A DNA stretch of 63,932 nt, the filler included, from Octopus bimaculoides (Eukaryota): the NCBI RefSeq assembly GCF_001194135.2. It is 4 parts of 4 records of this genome, joined end to end, with 100 filler letters (N's around TTAATTAATTAA, not from the genome) between each part and the next. Parts side by side here need not be neighbours in the genome. Positions count along the whole stretch, not along the records: positions 23,042 to 51,984 come from NC_068992.1; 3 more parts are not named here. One strand, written 5' to 3'. Of the stretch, positions 36,240 through 48,644 are shown piece by piece; the stretch's first letter is position 1, and every line of letters starts with the position of its first letter. The notes beneath the pieces are model-generated. The model did not search any database, was not told the origin of the DNA, and saw only the letters and a program-made list of their open reading frames with translations. The position numbers and the translations under genes are program-made.

Positions 36240-36548
36240 ATTTCAGTCATTGGACTGCAACCATGCTGAGGCACCATTTCGAAGGGTTCAGTTGAACAGA
36301 TCAACCCCAGTACTCTTTCCTCTAACTGCTAAGTTACAGACATATAAACAAACCAACACTGGTTGTCAAGTAGTGGTGGGGGGACAGACACACAAGCTGC
36401 TTTCAATTTCTGTGCACCAAATCCACTGACAAAAATTTGGTTGACCTGGAGTTATAGAAGACACTTGTCCAAGATACCATACATTGGGACTGAATTCAAA
36501 ACCACATGGTAGGAAAGCAAGCTTGCCAACACAGCCACATCTGTGCCA
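36240..36548 (-). mobile_element. SINE family B copy just downstream of the SUB1 poly(A) signal
   Basis: Reverse complement has the head ggcacagatgtggctgtgttggcaagcttgct and the tail ggtgcctcagcatggttgcagtcca. Confidence 0.7.
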
Positions 36549-36614
36549 ATGAATGTTAAATTTTTTTTATCAAGTTCACAAACACAAAAATAAAATTATC
36601 AAAAAGGAAAATAG

Positions 36615-36620
36615 TTTATT
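36615..36620 (-). terminator. Candidate SUB1 polyadenylation signal AATAAA
   Basis: First AATAAA on the minus strand, about 95 nt after the SUB1 stop. Confidence 0.4.
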
Positions 36621-36715
36621 AAATGATAGCATACATGAAGAAATGTTAAGAGATTCACATAAATTTTTCTTTCAAGTACAAGTTCTGAGCCCCATACTAA
36701 CAATGACTTGTCCAT

Positions 36716-36795
36716 TTAGAACGCTTCAATTGCCTCATCAATGGAATCAATGTGATTTTTCAAGCATTTCCACTGCTCCAAGTTTAAACTGATTC
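36716..36795 (-). CDS. SUB1: PC4/SUB1 last coding exon
   Basis: Acceptor ttttcctttttgtag; phase-1 reading (G)ISLNLEQWKCLKNHIDSIDEAIEAF*, matching human [23 protein letters not shown]. Confidence 0.95.
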
Positions 36796-37120
36796 CTACA
36801 AAAAGGAAAATCAATGAAAATTATTGTCCCAAGGCCAGAACAACTTGTTAGTAATATTAAAGACAGTAAACAAAATAAATTTTTAACTTTGAAAATAATC
36901 GAGTTGGAAGAATTTAGTAAAACAGCTCTTTCATATAATTGTAACATGTGACAATANNNNNNNNNNNNNNNNNNNNNNNNNNNNNNNNNNNNNNNNNNNN
37001 NNNNNNNNNNNNNNNNNNNNNNNNNNNNNNNNNNNNNNNNNNNNNNNNNNNNNNNNNNNNNNNNNNNNNNNNNNNNNNNNNNNNNNNNNNNNNNNNNNNN
37101 NNNNNNNNNNNNNNNNNNNN

Positions 37121-37320
37121 CGTGGCCGTTTTCGTGCGGGTGACACGTAAAAGCACCCACTACACTCTCTGAGTAGTTGGCGTTAGGAAGGGCATCCAGC
37201 TGTAGAAACTCTGCCAAATTAGATTGGAGCCTGGTGTTGCCATCCGGTTTCACCAGTCCTCAGTCAAATCGTCCAACCCATGCTAGCATGGAAGGCGGAC
37301 GTTAAACGATGATGATGACT
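37121..37320 (+). mobile_element. RTE 3' UTR copy in a SUB1 intron
   Basis: Nearly identical to 2406-2605; ends cgttaaacgatgatgatgac. Confidence 0.9.
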
Positions 37321-37334
37321 ATGGTGTGCATGTA

Positions 37335-37485
37335 GTCATCATCTTTGTTTTACATCCATTGTTCATAGATCTGCATACCTAGAAGGTTCAGTGGGCCTCA
37401 TCTTGCTGGTGTTTTATTTTGGCTTGGTTTCTATCCCTGCATGCCCTTTCTAACATCAACCACTTCAGAGTGTACTGGTTACAAT
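37335..37485 (-). mobile_element. Diverged RTE 3' UTR copy, inverted relative to 37121-37320
   Basis: Reverse complement reads cagtacactctgaagtggttgatgttagaaagggcatgcagggatagaaaccaagccaaa...gatgatga. Confidence 0.65.
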
Positions 37486-38406
37486 TCTATGCTACTAGAA
37501 AGGTATTGTGTCCTCAACAAGACTGAAGAGTCCTTACAACCTTATGTCTTTCCCTACTTATCCCTCTCTCAACATTACTGTTCAAGCTTCTCACATTCCA
37601 AAAAGGTGGATATGAAATAAATTTATCTCATTTTGTAGTCTACAGTATGTGTATCTGTTTTATACACACTCAAGTTCAACTGTAAATTCAATTGTATGCG
37701 CAATTCTTCTTAATCACATTTTCTGGTATACAAGCAAACCTACAAACATCATTGTTTTGCCAAATCTTGCAGCATTCCACATGGAAGTTTTGGTCTCCAA
37801 AGTTGTCTTGGTGTACAAGTTGACTTACCATTTTTGGCTGTAAAATTAAGTTGAAAAATTCAACTTGTATGCCAGGAAATACAATAATGTATTCTGTTAT
37901 TCATCCCAGATGAATAACCTATTTTACATGAGGATATTTAAACAAGATTTAGATGAATTACCATTTCACTATTTTTAGAGCAGTTTGGACATTGGTCATC
38001 ATGGTCCAAGCCAGTTCTTTTGGAGTTGTTATGTCTTGCTTACATATTTCGTTTTTCGGTATGATCACTAGGGCTGAATGCCAATCCTAACATAACAAAA
38101 TGAACCAACAAGGGAACTTCTTTGTCACTTGACCTTCTAGAAATGGCAACCAAACCACTTACTCAGACTGTTTCAAAAGAATATGTTGATTCATGTAACC
38201 CCAAGTTCACTGCACACAGGAACGGCTTTGATCAGAGCTGATGTGAGGCTAACAAGATTAACATCAATATATAAAAAATGTTACAGCTGTTTTACAATGC
38301 AGAGCCTAAGTTCAAAATTATTTTAGAAATCACTTAAAACAGCAATCTAGTTAGAAATGCAGTAACATACAATAACAAGAGTTTTAAAAAAAATGTGTTT
38401 CTATAC

Positions 38407-38512
38407 CTTTTTTGCTAGGTCTTAATTCACCATCAGCTTCATAATATTCACGAATTCCAACCATCACTTTGCCTCGAAATTCACTGACAGTTGCATATCT
38501 CATCTTTGATAA
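38407..38512 (-). CDS. SUB1: PC4/SUB1 third coding exon (ssDNA-binding domain)
   Basis: cttttag acceptor and G|gtatag donor. Reads [36 protein letters not shown], matching human [37 protein letters not shown]. Confidence 0.95.
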
Positions 38513-38655
38513 CTAAAAGGATGGGAAATTAAGATGTTATACACACACACACAAACAAAATTGGATTTTAGGTAGCAAAAGTAATTTAAATATGAAATTT
38601 AAAAAAAAGGAAACTATAAAATACAAGAGAAAATGGGAACAGACTTTACACACAC

Positions 38656-38751
38656 CTGGAACATGTTTTCATCTCCATCACCAGAAGATTTGGCTTTCTT
38701 TTCAGGCTTTTTTTCAGGTTTCTTTTCTGGCTTCTTTTTCTTGCTTACCGG
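38656..38751 (-). CDS. SUB1: PC4/SUB1 second coding exon (Lys-rich)
   Basis: tttatttgtag acceptor and CAG|gtgtgt donor; 96 nt, reading PVSKKKKPEKKPEKKPEKKAKSSGDGDENMFQ (human ...DDNMFQ). Confidence 0.95.
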
Positions 38752-40220
38752 CTACAAATAAACNNNNNNNNNNACAAAACTCAAACAGAAAAAAAAAAAT
38801 GTACACAGACCATTCTTGTAAAGAACAAGCTTTTCAGAACACCTTGTAAACAATCTGTCATTGTTTAGTCCCAGGTCAGCCCTAATCACATCATCTTTTC
38901 TTCAGGCACAGCATAAACAGGGCAATATCATCTAATGCATTAAGACATGGGCAAGATTTAATATTTAACCCCCACCTAAATGTGGATGTTCTATTAGAAC
39001 TTTATTATGGTAGTTACGATGAGAGAAACACCCACACTGGCTTTTTGGTGCAAAATACACTATATTGCTAGCAGGGAGATAAATCTCTGCTACCTCTAGT
39101 GCCAACATCACCAGATTGTGTGATTTCGACCTTGTTTGGTCTTATCAATGATGGACACTTGATAGTAAGATCTCATTGAGACCTGGCTGCTACTTTAACA
39201 GCTACATAGGGACATTTTCTTGTAGGGCTCATTGCAACATGCTACTAAATATAAAAACTCCTGGCCTTTCTAAGTGTACTGAACAAATAAAGGCCTCCAA
39301 CAAAACTCTACGTGGTTGCTCTACCTGACAGGAATTGCAGCCAATCCCTTCTCAAATCTTAACCCTTAAGCATTCAGATTATGTTGTCAAATGTAATGTT
39401 TATTTATTCATGTTGTATTGAATTAATCATGCATTATTTCATAGCTTCAAGTTTTCAATTATAGTTATTTTTTGAATGACATTGTAGGGTTGGTATGTGT
39501 TAGAAGCCAGATCTGTCTGGTTTGAACAGAAAACAGGAAGAATATTTTGGCTGCTTCAAATGCTACATTATTAATAAAAGGACAAGACACAAAAAATCTG
39601 CCTCAATAACTTCCGTCCAACCCATGCATGCATGGAACAGTGGACATGAAAATGACAATGTTCACAGCCTTCAACCAACCAAATTCTATTCACATGGTAT
39701 CAGTCAACCCCAAGCTACAGAACAAGACATTTGCTCAAGATGCTGCACAGTGAGATCAAACCCAGAACCTCTGTTTCTGAGAAAGAGTTTAATCAGTTAT
39801 GTTTGTATCTATAAACATGAAATTATATATGTAAATATACAAAATATCTTAAGTGAATATGTTTCACTGGATGTGTAACAGTGTAGTCTGCATAAACAAC
39901 AGAACACAGAGTGTCTCAAGAAAAAAAAAATGGTTTTAGAGCTATATCAGTTTTGTCATGCAAGAGTGTGATGGTATGACTAGCAAACCAGGAAAATGGA
40001 ATAAGCCTGCAGAAGAGGAAGAATGAAGACCTGGGATCAAACTTCACAAGAATTAGTGAAGTTTGATCATAAGATGCTGGACATCATTATGATGATTAAG
40101 AAATAAGTCAAGTGATGAAATAATCTGCCAACTTATAACAACATAGAAAAGAAGACATCAAAATAGTGATACACATTACGCACACATATATATAGAGAGA
40201 GAGGGATAAAGCTATCTTAC

Positions 40221-40283
40221 CGTTCTATCATCAGGACCACTATCACTGTCACTGGAGTCTGAAAGAGTCTTGTGCTTTGGCAT
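40221..40283 (-). CDS. SUB1: PC4/SUB1 first coding exon (the exon spans 40221-40294 with 11 nt of UTR)
   Basis: tttgcag acceptor, ATG at 40283, MPKHKTLSDSSDSDSGPDDRT, donor ACG|gtaaga. The four exons join in phase to give 114 aa; a non-coding exon must lie upstream. Confidence 0.95.
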
Positions 40284-41376
40284 ATTTTCTAAATCTGCAA
40301 ATGATGAAAGAGAAAGAATTACAACCAGTTTTACAATTCATTTTCCCTTGAAAATAAAACAAGTTTCCTTTTTATATTTATAAATGGATGATGATAAAAC
40401 AACCAAAAGACACCTGAACATCGATAACAAAGCTGTTCATTGTATACTGAGCCAAAGATTAAAAAAACTGATTTTAACTGACGATGCTGGTATCAGAAAT
40501 ATTCTTTTGCAGATATCTTCTGCTGCTGCGGGTTTCAGTCATTGTAGTGTGGTCATGTTGGAGCACCAAGTCCAATGGTGAGGGTTGCTAATATCAATTA
40601 TCTCAGTACTAATTTTATTCATCTCCACTTACTGAATGACTTTTAGCTCTTGGCCAGAAGGGATACAATATGGTGCATTTTTTTTTTTTTTGCACTGCTA
40701 CACACCAACATACAAGTAAATGATGCTTCTTCACAGCTTCTGTCTACCAAACTTCATATGGTACCTCACAATACCTTCAACTCTGGTTAAAACTAACACA
40801 CTGGTACAGCGTGATTGAAACCAGCAAGTTAATTCACACATACATCAACACATATGAAAGTGTCTTTATAGATAATACTGGTGTTGCTAATAAAGTACTC
40901 CTATTTGGTTTTGTTATAAAAATTATCAAAATACAATTTTAGTGTAAAACTTGTGTATATGGCTAGTAATCCCAAGCATAAATGTATTAAAAAAAAAAGC
41001 AATTATCTGAAAAGCCTCAGTATACAAATGGGTGGAGTTTATGTTTTAAACTGAAGCAAGTTACTGTCTAAGAAATAATCAGTTACAGTGTGGTACAGAA
41101 AAAATGCAAAAGGATGAAAAAAGAGAAATACAAATATGGAAATTAAGCCACAAATACCATATTTACTGGTAAACAAGATGCATCCCTATTGTACACTTAT
41201 TTGGGGGGGGGGGGATTTAGTACGTTTCATAATACATTTATTGAAATTACTTTAACCCTTTAGCATTCAGATTACTCTTTCAAATGCAATATTTTCTTTC
41301 TTTCTTTGTTTTGAATTAATCATGCATTATATCTCATAGCTTTTGAGATTTTGATGATGTGAATGTTTGTCATGCA

Positions 41377-41500
41377 GGTGACACGTAAAAAGCGCCCACT
41401 ACACTCTCGGAGTGGTTGGCGTTAGGAAGGGCATCCAGCTGTAGAAACCAAGCTGAATCAGACTGGATCCTGGTGCAGCCTCCTGGCTTGCCAATACTAA
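41377..41500 (+). mobile_element. RTE 3' UTR fragment
   Basis: ggtgacacgtaaaaagcgcccactacactctcggagtggttggcgttaggaagggcatccagctgtagaaac. Confidence 0.85.
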
Positions 41501-41534
41501 ATTTCTTAAATTTTCACTTTATTTAAAAAAAATT

Positions 41535-42122
41535 TTTTGGCGAAATACGTAGAAAAATACGGAGACTAGGATTCTGAAATAAAAAAATTCTGTAAAATTT
41601 CGATTTTTCAAAAACAAAAAGAATAAAATAAACCCCCGTCCCCTCCGCCCTATGACAAGAAGTGAAATTAAAGTGTTTTCTCTACTAATGATTCATGACG
41701 AACGTAATCCAATATGTTGTGGTTGAGGGTCTTTTGGAATTAAGCGAGGTATATAAACATTAGTTTTATACACACAAACAAAATGACATTAAAAAATTTT
41801 TTTTCTCTTTCGGTAATTCGTGTTTACAAAGTTGATCCTCGGTTTGGCTGTTGTTTCTAGCTTGTCAGATTTTCCGTTGGGGCGGATTTAAATTTTGAAA
41901 TTTTTTCTTCTTTGCTAACTAGTTTTAAAATTTTGAAAACGCGTTTCTAGCATGTCAGGTTTTCTGTTTAGATACTTTTTGCGTCTGCTGTTTTATAATT
42001 CTATGCAGGCGTGAAACATTTTAATTTCATTTCTTGTTATAGAGCGGAGGGGTTTAATTTTTTGGAAAATTTGAAATTTTACAAAAAATTTTTTTTTCCA
42101 GAATCATAACCTCCGTATTTCG
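41535..42122. repeat. Long imperfect inverted repeat (MITE-like)
   Basis: aaatacggagactaggattctg...cccctccgccctatgacaagaagtgaaattaaa (41535-41675) mirrors tttaatttcatttcttgttatagagcggagggg...cagaatcataacctccgtattt (42010-42122). Confidence 0.65.
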
Positions 42123-43199
42123 CTTTAAAAATCTTTTTTAAAAAGTGAAAATTTAATAGGGAGGGGGGCTTAAATTTTGAAATGCAGATTCGGAATCTCA
42201 GCCCTCGATATAATGTGTTCATGCAAAAAATAAAACCCAAAAAAAATCTGAAAGGGGGTGCGATCCATGATCTTTACCTCCGCCAAGAGATATTACCGGT
42301 CTCTGGAACATTGGGGGCGAAAAAAACCCAAAAAAAACTGCCGGTACGCCACATCAGATAGTTTGAGAAGCACTACGTTAAACGATTATGATGATGACAC
42401 ACGTAGAAAAAGATTTGAAAAAAATTCGATCGTTGTCATTATAGAGTTATGTCCCTTATAGTTACCCTAATCACAAAACCACATATTTTAGTGGTCTATT
42501 TACCTCAGTAATTAACTCCTAATTATATCAATCGTAAACAAACTACAATACTTTTTAATAGTACTACGTAATATTATACACAGAATAATACTACGGTATT
42601 ATATATATATATATATACAATAATATAGCATTTATTGCATACAAAACACCACATTTTAGGGATATACCTCACAGTTAACTACTAATCATTATATCCCTTC
42701 TACTATAGGTACAAGACCTGAAATTTTGGGGAAGATGGTTAATCGTTTAAACCAGCTCCATCCGAAAGGATGAAAGGTTAACAAATATCACAACGTAATC
42801 TTCCCAACACTACCGATTTTGGCAAAAATAATAATTTAATAAAAACAATAAACGATCCACGTTTCGAAAATAAAATTATGAGGCAAAGCTATCTGTCTTC
42901 AACAATTTTAAACTTCCTTAAGAAACAATAATTGTATAAGATGCTAAATGTTTTTCTCCTTAGAAACTCCGTGTTTGTATTTAGATTTACTTCCGCCTGT
43001 TACTTCTATGAAATATATAAATGGCAATTGCTGTAATGCTAGTTATAAAAATAAATTAATAGGAACAAATTGTAAGAAAACATTCTATAATTTTATCCCA
43101 CTCTAATAATGTAATAGTAAGTTACGGTTAATATCTAGATCCACACCCCTAGATATTAACCAGTGTCCAGTAATGACAAAGTGAAATTTATTTTAAAAT

Positions 43200-43425
43200 G
43201 AAACAAAGAAATTAAGCTTCGATAGTAAAATGCGTAAAAGACAGCATCGCCTTTAAACACTGATGTGCATACATTTTAAAAGTAAAACACGAAATCGAGT
43301 ACGTCTTTCGTCCTTTCGGGGTTGATTAAATAAGTACCGGTCGAGGACGGGTCGATGTAATCGATTAGCCCACTCCTCCAAAATTGCAGACTTTGTGCCT
43401 ACTGTAGAAAGGATTTTAAAATATC
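43200..43425 (+). mobile_element. SINE family D
   Basis: cgtctttcgtcctttcggggttgattaaataagtaccggtcgaggacgggtcgatgtaatcgatta; an opposite-strand copy lies at 54355-54490. Confidence 0.65.
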
Positions 43426-46074
43426 CCACAGCCTTCAGTCACACCAAACGTTCCCAGCATACTAACGTGATAATTTAATAATTTTCGAAGTAAAGAATTC
43501 ATTATATATCTGGAAGAAAATACTCAATAGCCATCCATTCGATGCTGATGATTTCGCCGTGCCATACTTCAGACAAGACAAAATAAACATACACTTCGCA
43601 TTTAAGCTCTTCCCCCCATCTCACCCCGACAGCATATTACAAACAAAAATGAAACCTCGTTCATTTCGAACGTCAGAAATAATACGAAGAAACCAAGCAT
43701 TTGCAAAAAAAACCCTGGAGGTACTTTTAAGCAGAAATAAAATTTATCAGCACGATTAATTAATGAATGGTGGAGTCCACAGAAGTAGTCATTCGGGCTG
43801 TAAGGGGTTGAAATACATAACGACAGAGTTGTTTAGTGTTTTTCTATATTTTATTAATTGCATAATTCAAATAAACACGCTTTAACTATGAAGACTAGAA
43901 CTAGCTGGTCCTATGACAAAAAATTTAAGTAGATAATGCTTATGAAAGGATAAGAGAGGGGAGAATAAGTGATCGACAGATTTTCTTTTACCGCCAAAAT
44001 AAGTGCTTGGTGCCGCCACATTCCAAACAGAAACAGTAGAATCTTTTTTTATAATCGTTAATCTTACAACATTGAAAGCGTCAATCCGCCTACATAAGTT
44101 ACAAATAAAATTCACGTAATAATTCCGTTAAAATAATCACGAGTGATGGAATTAAATATACGAAAGAAAGAAAAACAAGCCCAGGTAATGGGCGATTTTT
44201 AAAAAATACATATTTAGTATTTTCAAAATGAATTCTCCAGTCTTATGCTAAATACATATTTTCCACTTATCACTTATGTTTCTTCTGGTGGTGTTAACTA
44301 GATGTGCAAAAGCAGCAGCAACACACAGAGAGAAGAATATTAATTAAGTCTGTGTTGGATTTATTTCATCCTCTATTGAAACAATTAGAGGACTAAAAAA
44401 TTAAATTAAAATCTATTTAAAAAAAAAAATTCTCAATTTAAATAATTATAAACATTAAAAGACGTACATTAACTTCAAAAAAATTAGTCTTGTTAATATT
44501 TTTATGGTGGTTTATGGAGATAAATATATTTAAAGTGTTAATTGATTCAAGAGGAAGATGTATGTTACTTACATTGTAACTTCAGCAAAAGGTGAAACTG
44601 ACACTGCACATGCGCACATTTATTATATATTCGCTTATGTCCCCTTGTCTTAACGCAGTCATGGGCTGATTGCGGCCCGCTTCTAGAAAAAGGTTGCCCG
44701 TGAATAAAAGCAAATTCTTCTAATTTGTTTTTATAAATTGACAGAATCAGAGATTTGTAATGAAAGACGTTCCATCTATGACAATTCCGCCTTTTACTCA
44801 TTGTTGTGATAGTTGCTCAACTTGATTTTTCAGACATTCCAGTTGTTATAATTTGTCTTTTAGTTATCGTTCACCAAATATTCCAATAATTACCATTCCG
44901 TCTTTTAGTTACTGTATGATAATAGATTAGACGGTAAAACTTTAGATTCATGCCCCACCGTCTCAGTTTCTTCATAACTTTCTAAAAAGTCCATATTTCT
45001 TTATAAAATTTTCTACAGATATGTTTCAGATAGTGCTAAATTGCTAAATTACGGTTATAACAGAACTTGTGAACTTTTTTTTTTTTTTCGTAGAAAAAGG
45101 GGTTTCAGATAATTCCTATACCACGACTGTGTTTCCTCATAACTTTCTGAAAAATAGATATTTTGAAATAAAACTTTGTACTATTGCGCTTCAAGTGATA
45201 AAGGTTATGATTACGTCGGAATTTAATGTGTAAANNNNNNNNNNNNNNNNNNNNNNNNNNNNNNNNNNNNNNNNNNNNNNNNNNNNNNNNNNNNNNNNNN
45301 NNNNNNNNNNNNNNNNNNNNNNNNNNNNNNNNNNNNNNNNNNNNNNNNNNNNNNNNNNNNNNNNNNNNNNNNNNNNNNNNNNNNNNNNNNNNNNNNNNNN
45401 NNNNNNNNNNNNNNNNNNNNNNNNNNNNNNNNNNNNNNNNNNNNNNNNNNNNNNNNNNNNNNNNNNNNNNNNNNNNNNNNNNNNNNNNNNNNNNNNNNNN
45501 NNNNNNNNNNNNNNNNNNNNNNNNNNNNNNNNNNNNNNNNNNNNNNNNNNNNNNNNNNNNNNNNNNNNNNNNNNNNNNNNNNNNNNNNNNNNNNNNNNNN
45601 NNNNNNNNNNNNNNNNNNNNNNNNNNNNNNNNNNNNNNNNNNNNNNNNNNNNNNNNNNNNNNNNNNNNNNNNNNNNNNNNNNNNNNNNNNNNNNNNNNNN
45701 NNNNNNNNNNNNNNNNNNNNNNNNNNNNNNNNNNNNNNNNNNNNNNNNNNNNNNNNNNNNNNNNNNNNNNNNNNNNNNNNNNNNNNNNNNNNNNNNNNNN
45801 NNNNNNNNNNNNNNNNNNNNNNNNNNNNNNNNNNNNNNNNNNNNNNNNNNNNNNNNNNNNNNNNNNNNNNNNNNNNNNNNNNNNNNNNNNNNNNNNNNNN
45901 NNNNNNNNNNNNNNNNNNNNNNNNNNNNNNNNNNNNNNNNNNNNNNNNNNNNNNNNNNNNNNNNNNNNNNNNNNNNNNNNNNNNNNNNNNNNNNNNNNNN
46001 NNNNNNNNNNNNNNNNNNNNNNNNNNNNNNNNNNNNNNNNNNNNNNNNNNNNNNNNNNNNNNNNNNNNNNNNNN

Positions 46075-46600
46075 GAAATATTATGCCTGGTCTTGTGCTA
46101 AAAATGCATGCAAACCACTCTCTGAAAAAGCTCTTTGAACCCAAATCAGAGATAAATTTTCAGAGTGATACACAAATAAAGGATTTAAATTTATATCAGA
46201 AAGGCATCAACACTGGCAGATTCACCTGTCATTTTTTATTTTGGGCTAATTCAAGAATTTCTTAAACCTTTCAAACTATCTTTTTACTAGCAGAAAACGT
46301 TTTTTTTTTCCTCTCCAAGTCTGATCCTCAATTCAAGCACCCAAGAGCTGCCTCTTTTCAAGTATCATAATAGATCTATGGAAAAAAAAAAAAAGATCCA
46401 AGCAATTAATGGAGTAATTTCTTCAGTATTTGACTTAATTTTTTGTCATGCGTTGTTCTCATTAACTGTGTTGAGCTTTTGTTTAGGCAATGTGGGAGAT
46501 CTTTGTCTCTCCTGCATTAAGCTCTTTTAAAACATCAAGTTTAATATCCAGTGTAATCTCTTTACAGTTCGTTTTCATACTACCTACCTTAAGTTCTACT
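46075..46600 (-). mobile_element. Decayed Tigger/pogo transposase N-terminal fragment
   Basis: Minus frames give KEITLDIKLDVLKELNAGE (CENP-B-type HTH), IEDQ, and ERFKKF...KMTGESASVDA (the GE-x-ASAD motif). Confidence 0.75.
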
Positions 46601-47491
46601 TGACAGTTTCCTTTCAGACAGCTTCAATTGTAGAGAAATCCAACAGTGGTGGCGATCAACAGTCATCCATGACAAATTATGTATTAAACAAAAACAGTAG
46701 TACCAGGGAAAGCAAAAAATTGCTATCTTATTTCAATGAAAGTAAGAATGGATATGAGAAGGTGAAAGGGGAGAAAGAATAATTTGGGAGGAAGTTCTGT
46801 ATGATTACTGTTAGTTGAAAGGTTAACAAGGTCATAGGTGCTTAGCCCATTGCACCTCTGACTTGAACTACAAAAAAGAACTCTACACACTAAGCATGGG
46901 CAACCATTTCCAAGAAGTGGGTTACATCGAATGTAGATCATCAAGCTGGCTGAACAACTAAAACAGAAGGAAATTCAATGTAATGTTATTCAGTTAAGTT
47001 CTGCCAACAGAGTTTACCCATGACTGTTACATATACACAATAAACAGCAACATCGCCTAAATTTATACTACACTTTAACAAATTCTGAACGATGATACTA
47101 TCATACCCAACCCTGAAGCATTTAATCAGTCACAGTGACTGATTAGATGCTGTTTTAAACCTTATTTTACCATGCAAAATAAGTTTTTAATCCATTAGTG
47201 CTTAAACCCAAATATTTTAACTGTTTTATGCTCAAAATAGCCAGGTCAGAACTCTCATACCCAACTTAAATATCATTCTAAAAATGACAATCACACCATA
47301 GAAATCTCAAAGCTACAAGATAATACAGGATTAAAATGAAAGTAAAAAATAATTATAAATTAAAAAAATACAAAAACTAAGTCACTTGACTTTAATGTTC
47401 TTTATTTTTCCTGTTTTAAAATGATATGGTTATGACCATGTTGGAGCAGAACAGCCATCTTTGAGGGCTTTATGTTGTTCGTTTTACTCAG

Positions 47492-47673
47492 TATTCCGGT
47501 TGAAACCGTGCCTCTCCCTTTGATATTGAGAAAGAAGTGTGTCTTTCGATTGCTATCTCAATGAATGAATTAAATAAATAAATAGATGCTGACGGGGGAG
47601 TACTAATCCTGCTTCTCTTGGTTGGACAATTAATCCACTGTAGCGTTCTCCAGGGGCAACAGGGTCCAATACA
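47492..47673 (+). other. Candidate non-coding exon (possible 5' UTR exon of UBIAD1)
   Basis: Acceptor gttgttcgttttactcag and donor ACA|gtaagt flank 182 nt of unique sequence with stops in all three frames. Confidence 0.25.
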
Positions 47674-48354
47674 GTAAGTTAAAAAAATATATAGAAAATT
47701 TAACCTGAAAAATAAATGAAAGAAAATAAGTAAGGCAGTACACACAAGAGGCAACCACTAGGTGGTCATTCAAACTTCGAGAAATAACAGCCAGAAACCC
47801 TCAAATCGCAGAATATCGACTTTACAAATGGACATATATACTGATAATGCAATAGGTAGCATCATTTTTCTGAAAGGCCAATGTCTTTTTTTAATCCTGC
47901 CAATGGCCAACTTGTTTATTTTATGCTTGAATATTTTTGCATTGTTTCTCTCTCTCTCTCTCTGTCTCACACAAACGCATGGCAGTCCTACACGTGTGCA
48001 CATCCACTGACTCATAAGATCGAGAAAAGTGGATGTTTTTTAATGAAATTTTCTACAAATATGCTTCAGATAGTGCAGATTCCAATTATATAGGAATATG
48101 TGGTGAACAAAAACGAGAGTGTAGGGAGGAGTTTCGGAAAATTTCTTTTTTTATTCTTAGTGAACTGCGTACGGGTGTACTTGTCCAAATTTACCTCTTA
48201 AATGGAATTAAAGTTGGGAAAATTAGAGTAATTTTAGCCAATCAACAGACAGCGAGGTATTAACATCTTGTTACCATGACACCCGCATGTTGTATTGTGC
48301 TGATTCTTCAAACCATAACATTTACTTCACCTGCGTATTTTGTTTTAATAAAAA

Positions 48355-48518
48355 TTTATGCCCCCCCCCCTCCCAACATCGCTTGACAACCGATGCCGGT
48401 GTGTTTACATCCCTGTAACTTAGCGGTTCGGCAAAAGTAACTGATAGAATAAGTACTAGTCTTACAAAGAATAAGTCCAGGGGTCGATTTGCTCGACTAA
48501 AGGCAGTACTCCAGCATG
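48355..48518 (+). mobile_element. SINE family B 3' half
   Basis: caacatcgcttgacaaccgatgccggtgtgtttacatccctgtaacttagcggttcggc...gctcgactaaaggcagtactccagcatgg. Confidence 0.85.
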
Positions 48519-48644
48519 GGTTTTAGGGTTAGGGGGATGAGTATTTTTGCCAAATTTGGTGAAAAATTTGTGGCGGTGTATTGAACAGATTTTCACCAAA
48601 TTCGGCAAAAATACTCATAACCCGAACCCTCTAAAGCTAAAACC
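48519..48644. repeat. Foldback element of about 125 bp with TTAGGG-like ends
   Basis: atgagtatttttgccaaatttggtgaaaa pairs with ttttcaccaaattcggcaaaaatactcat; the termini are ggttttag / ctaaaacc. Confidence 0.8.
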
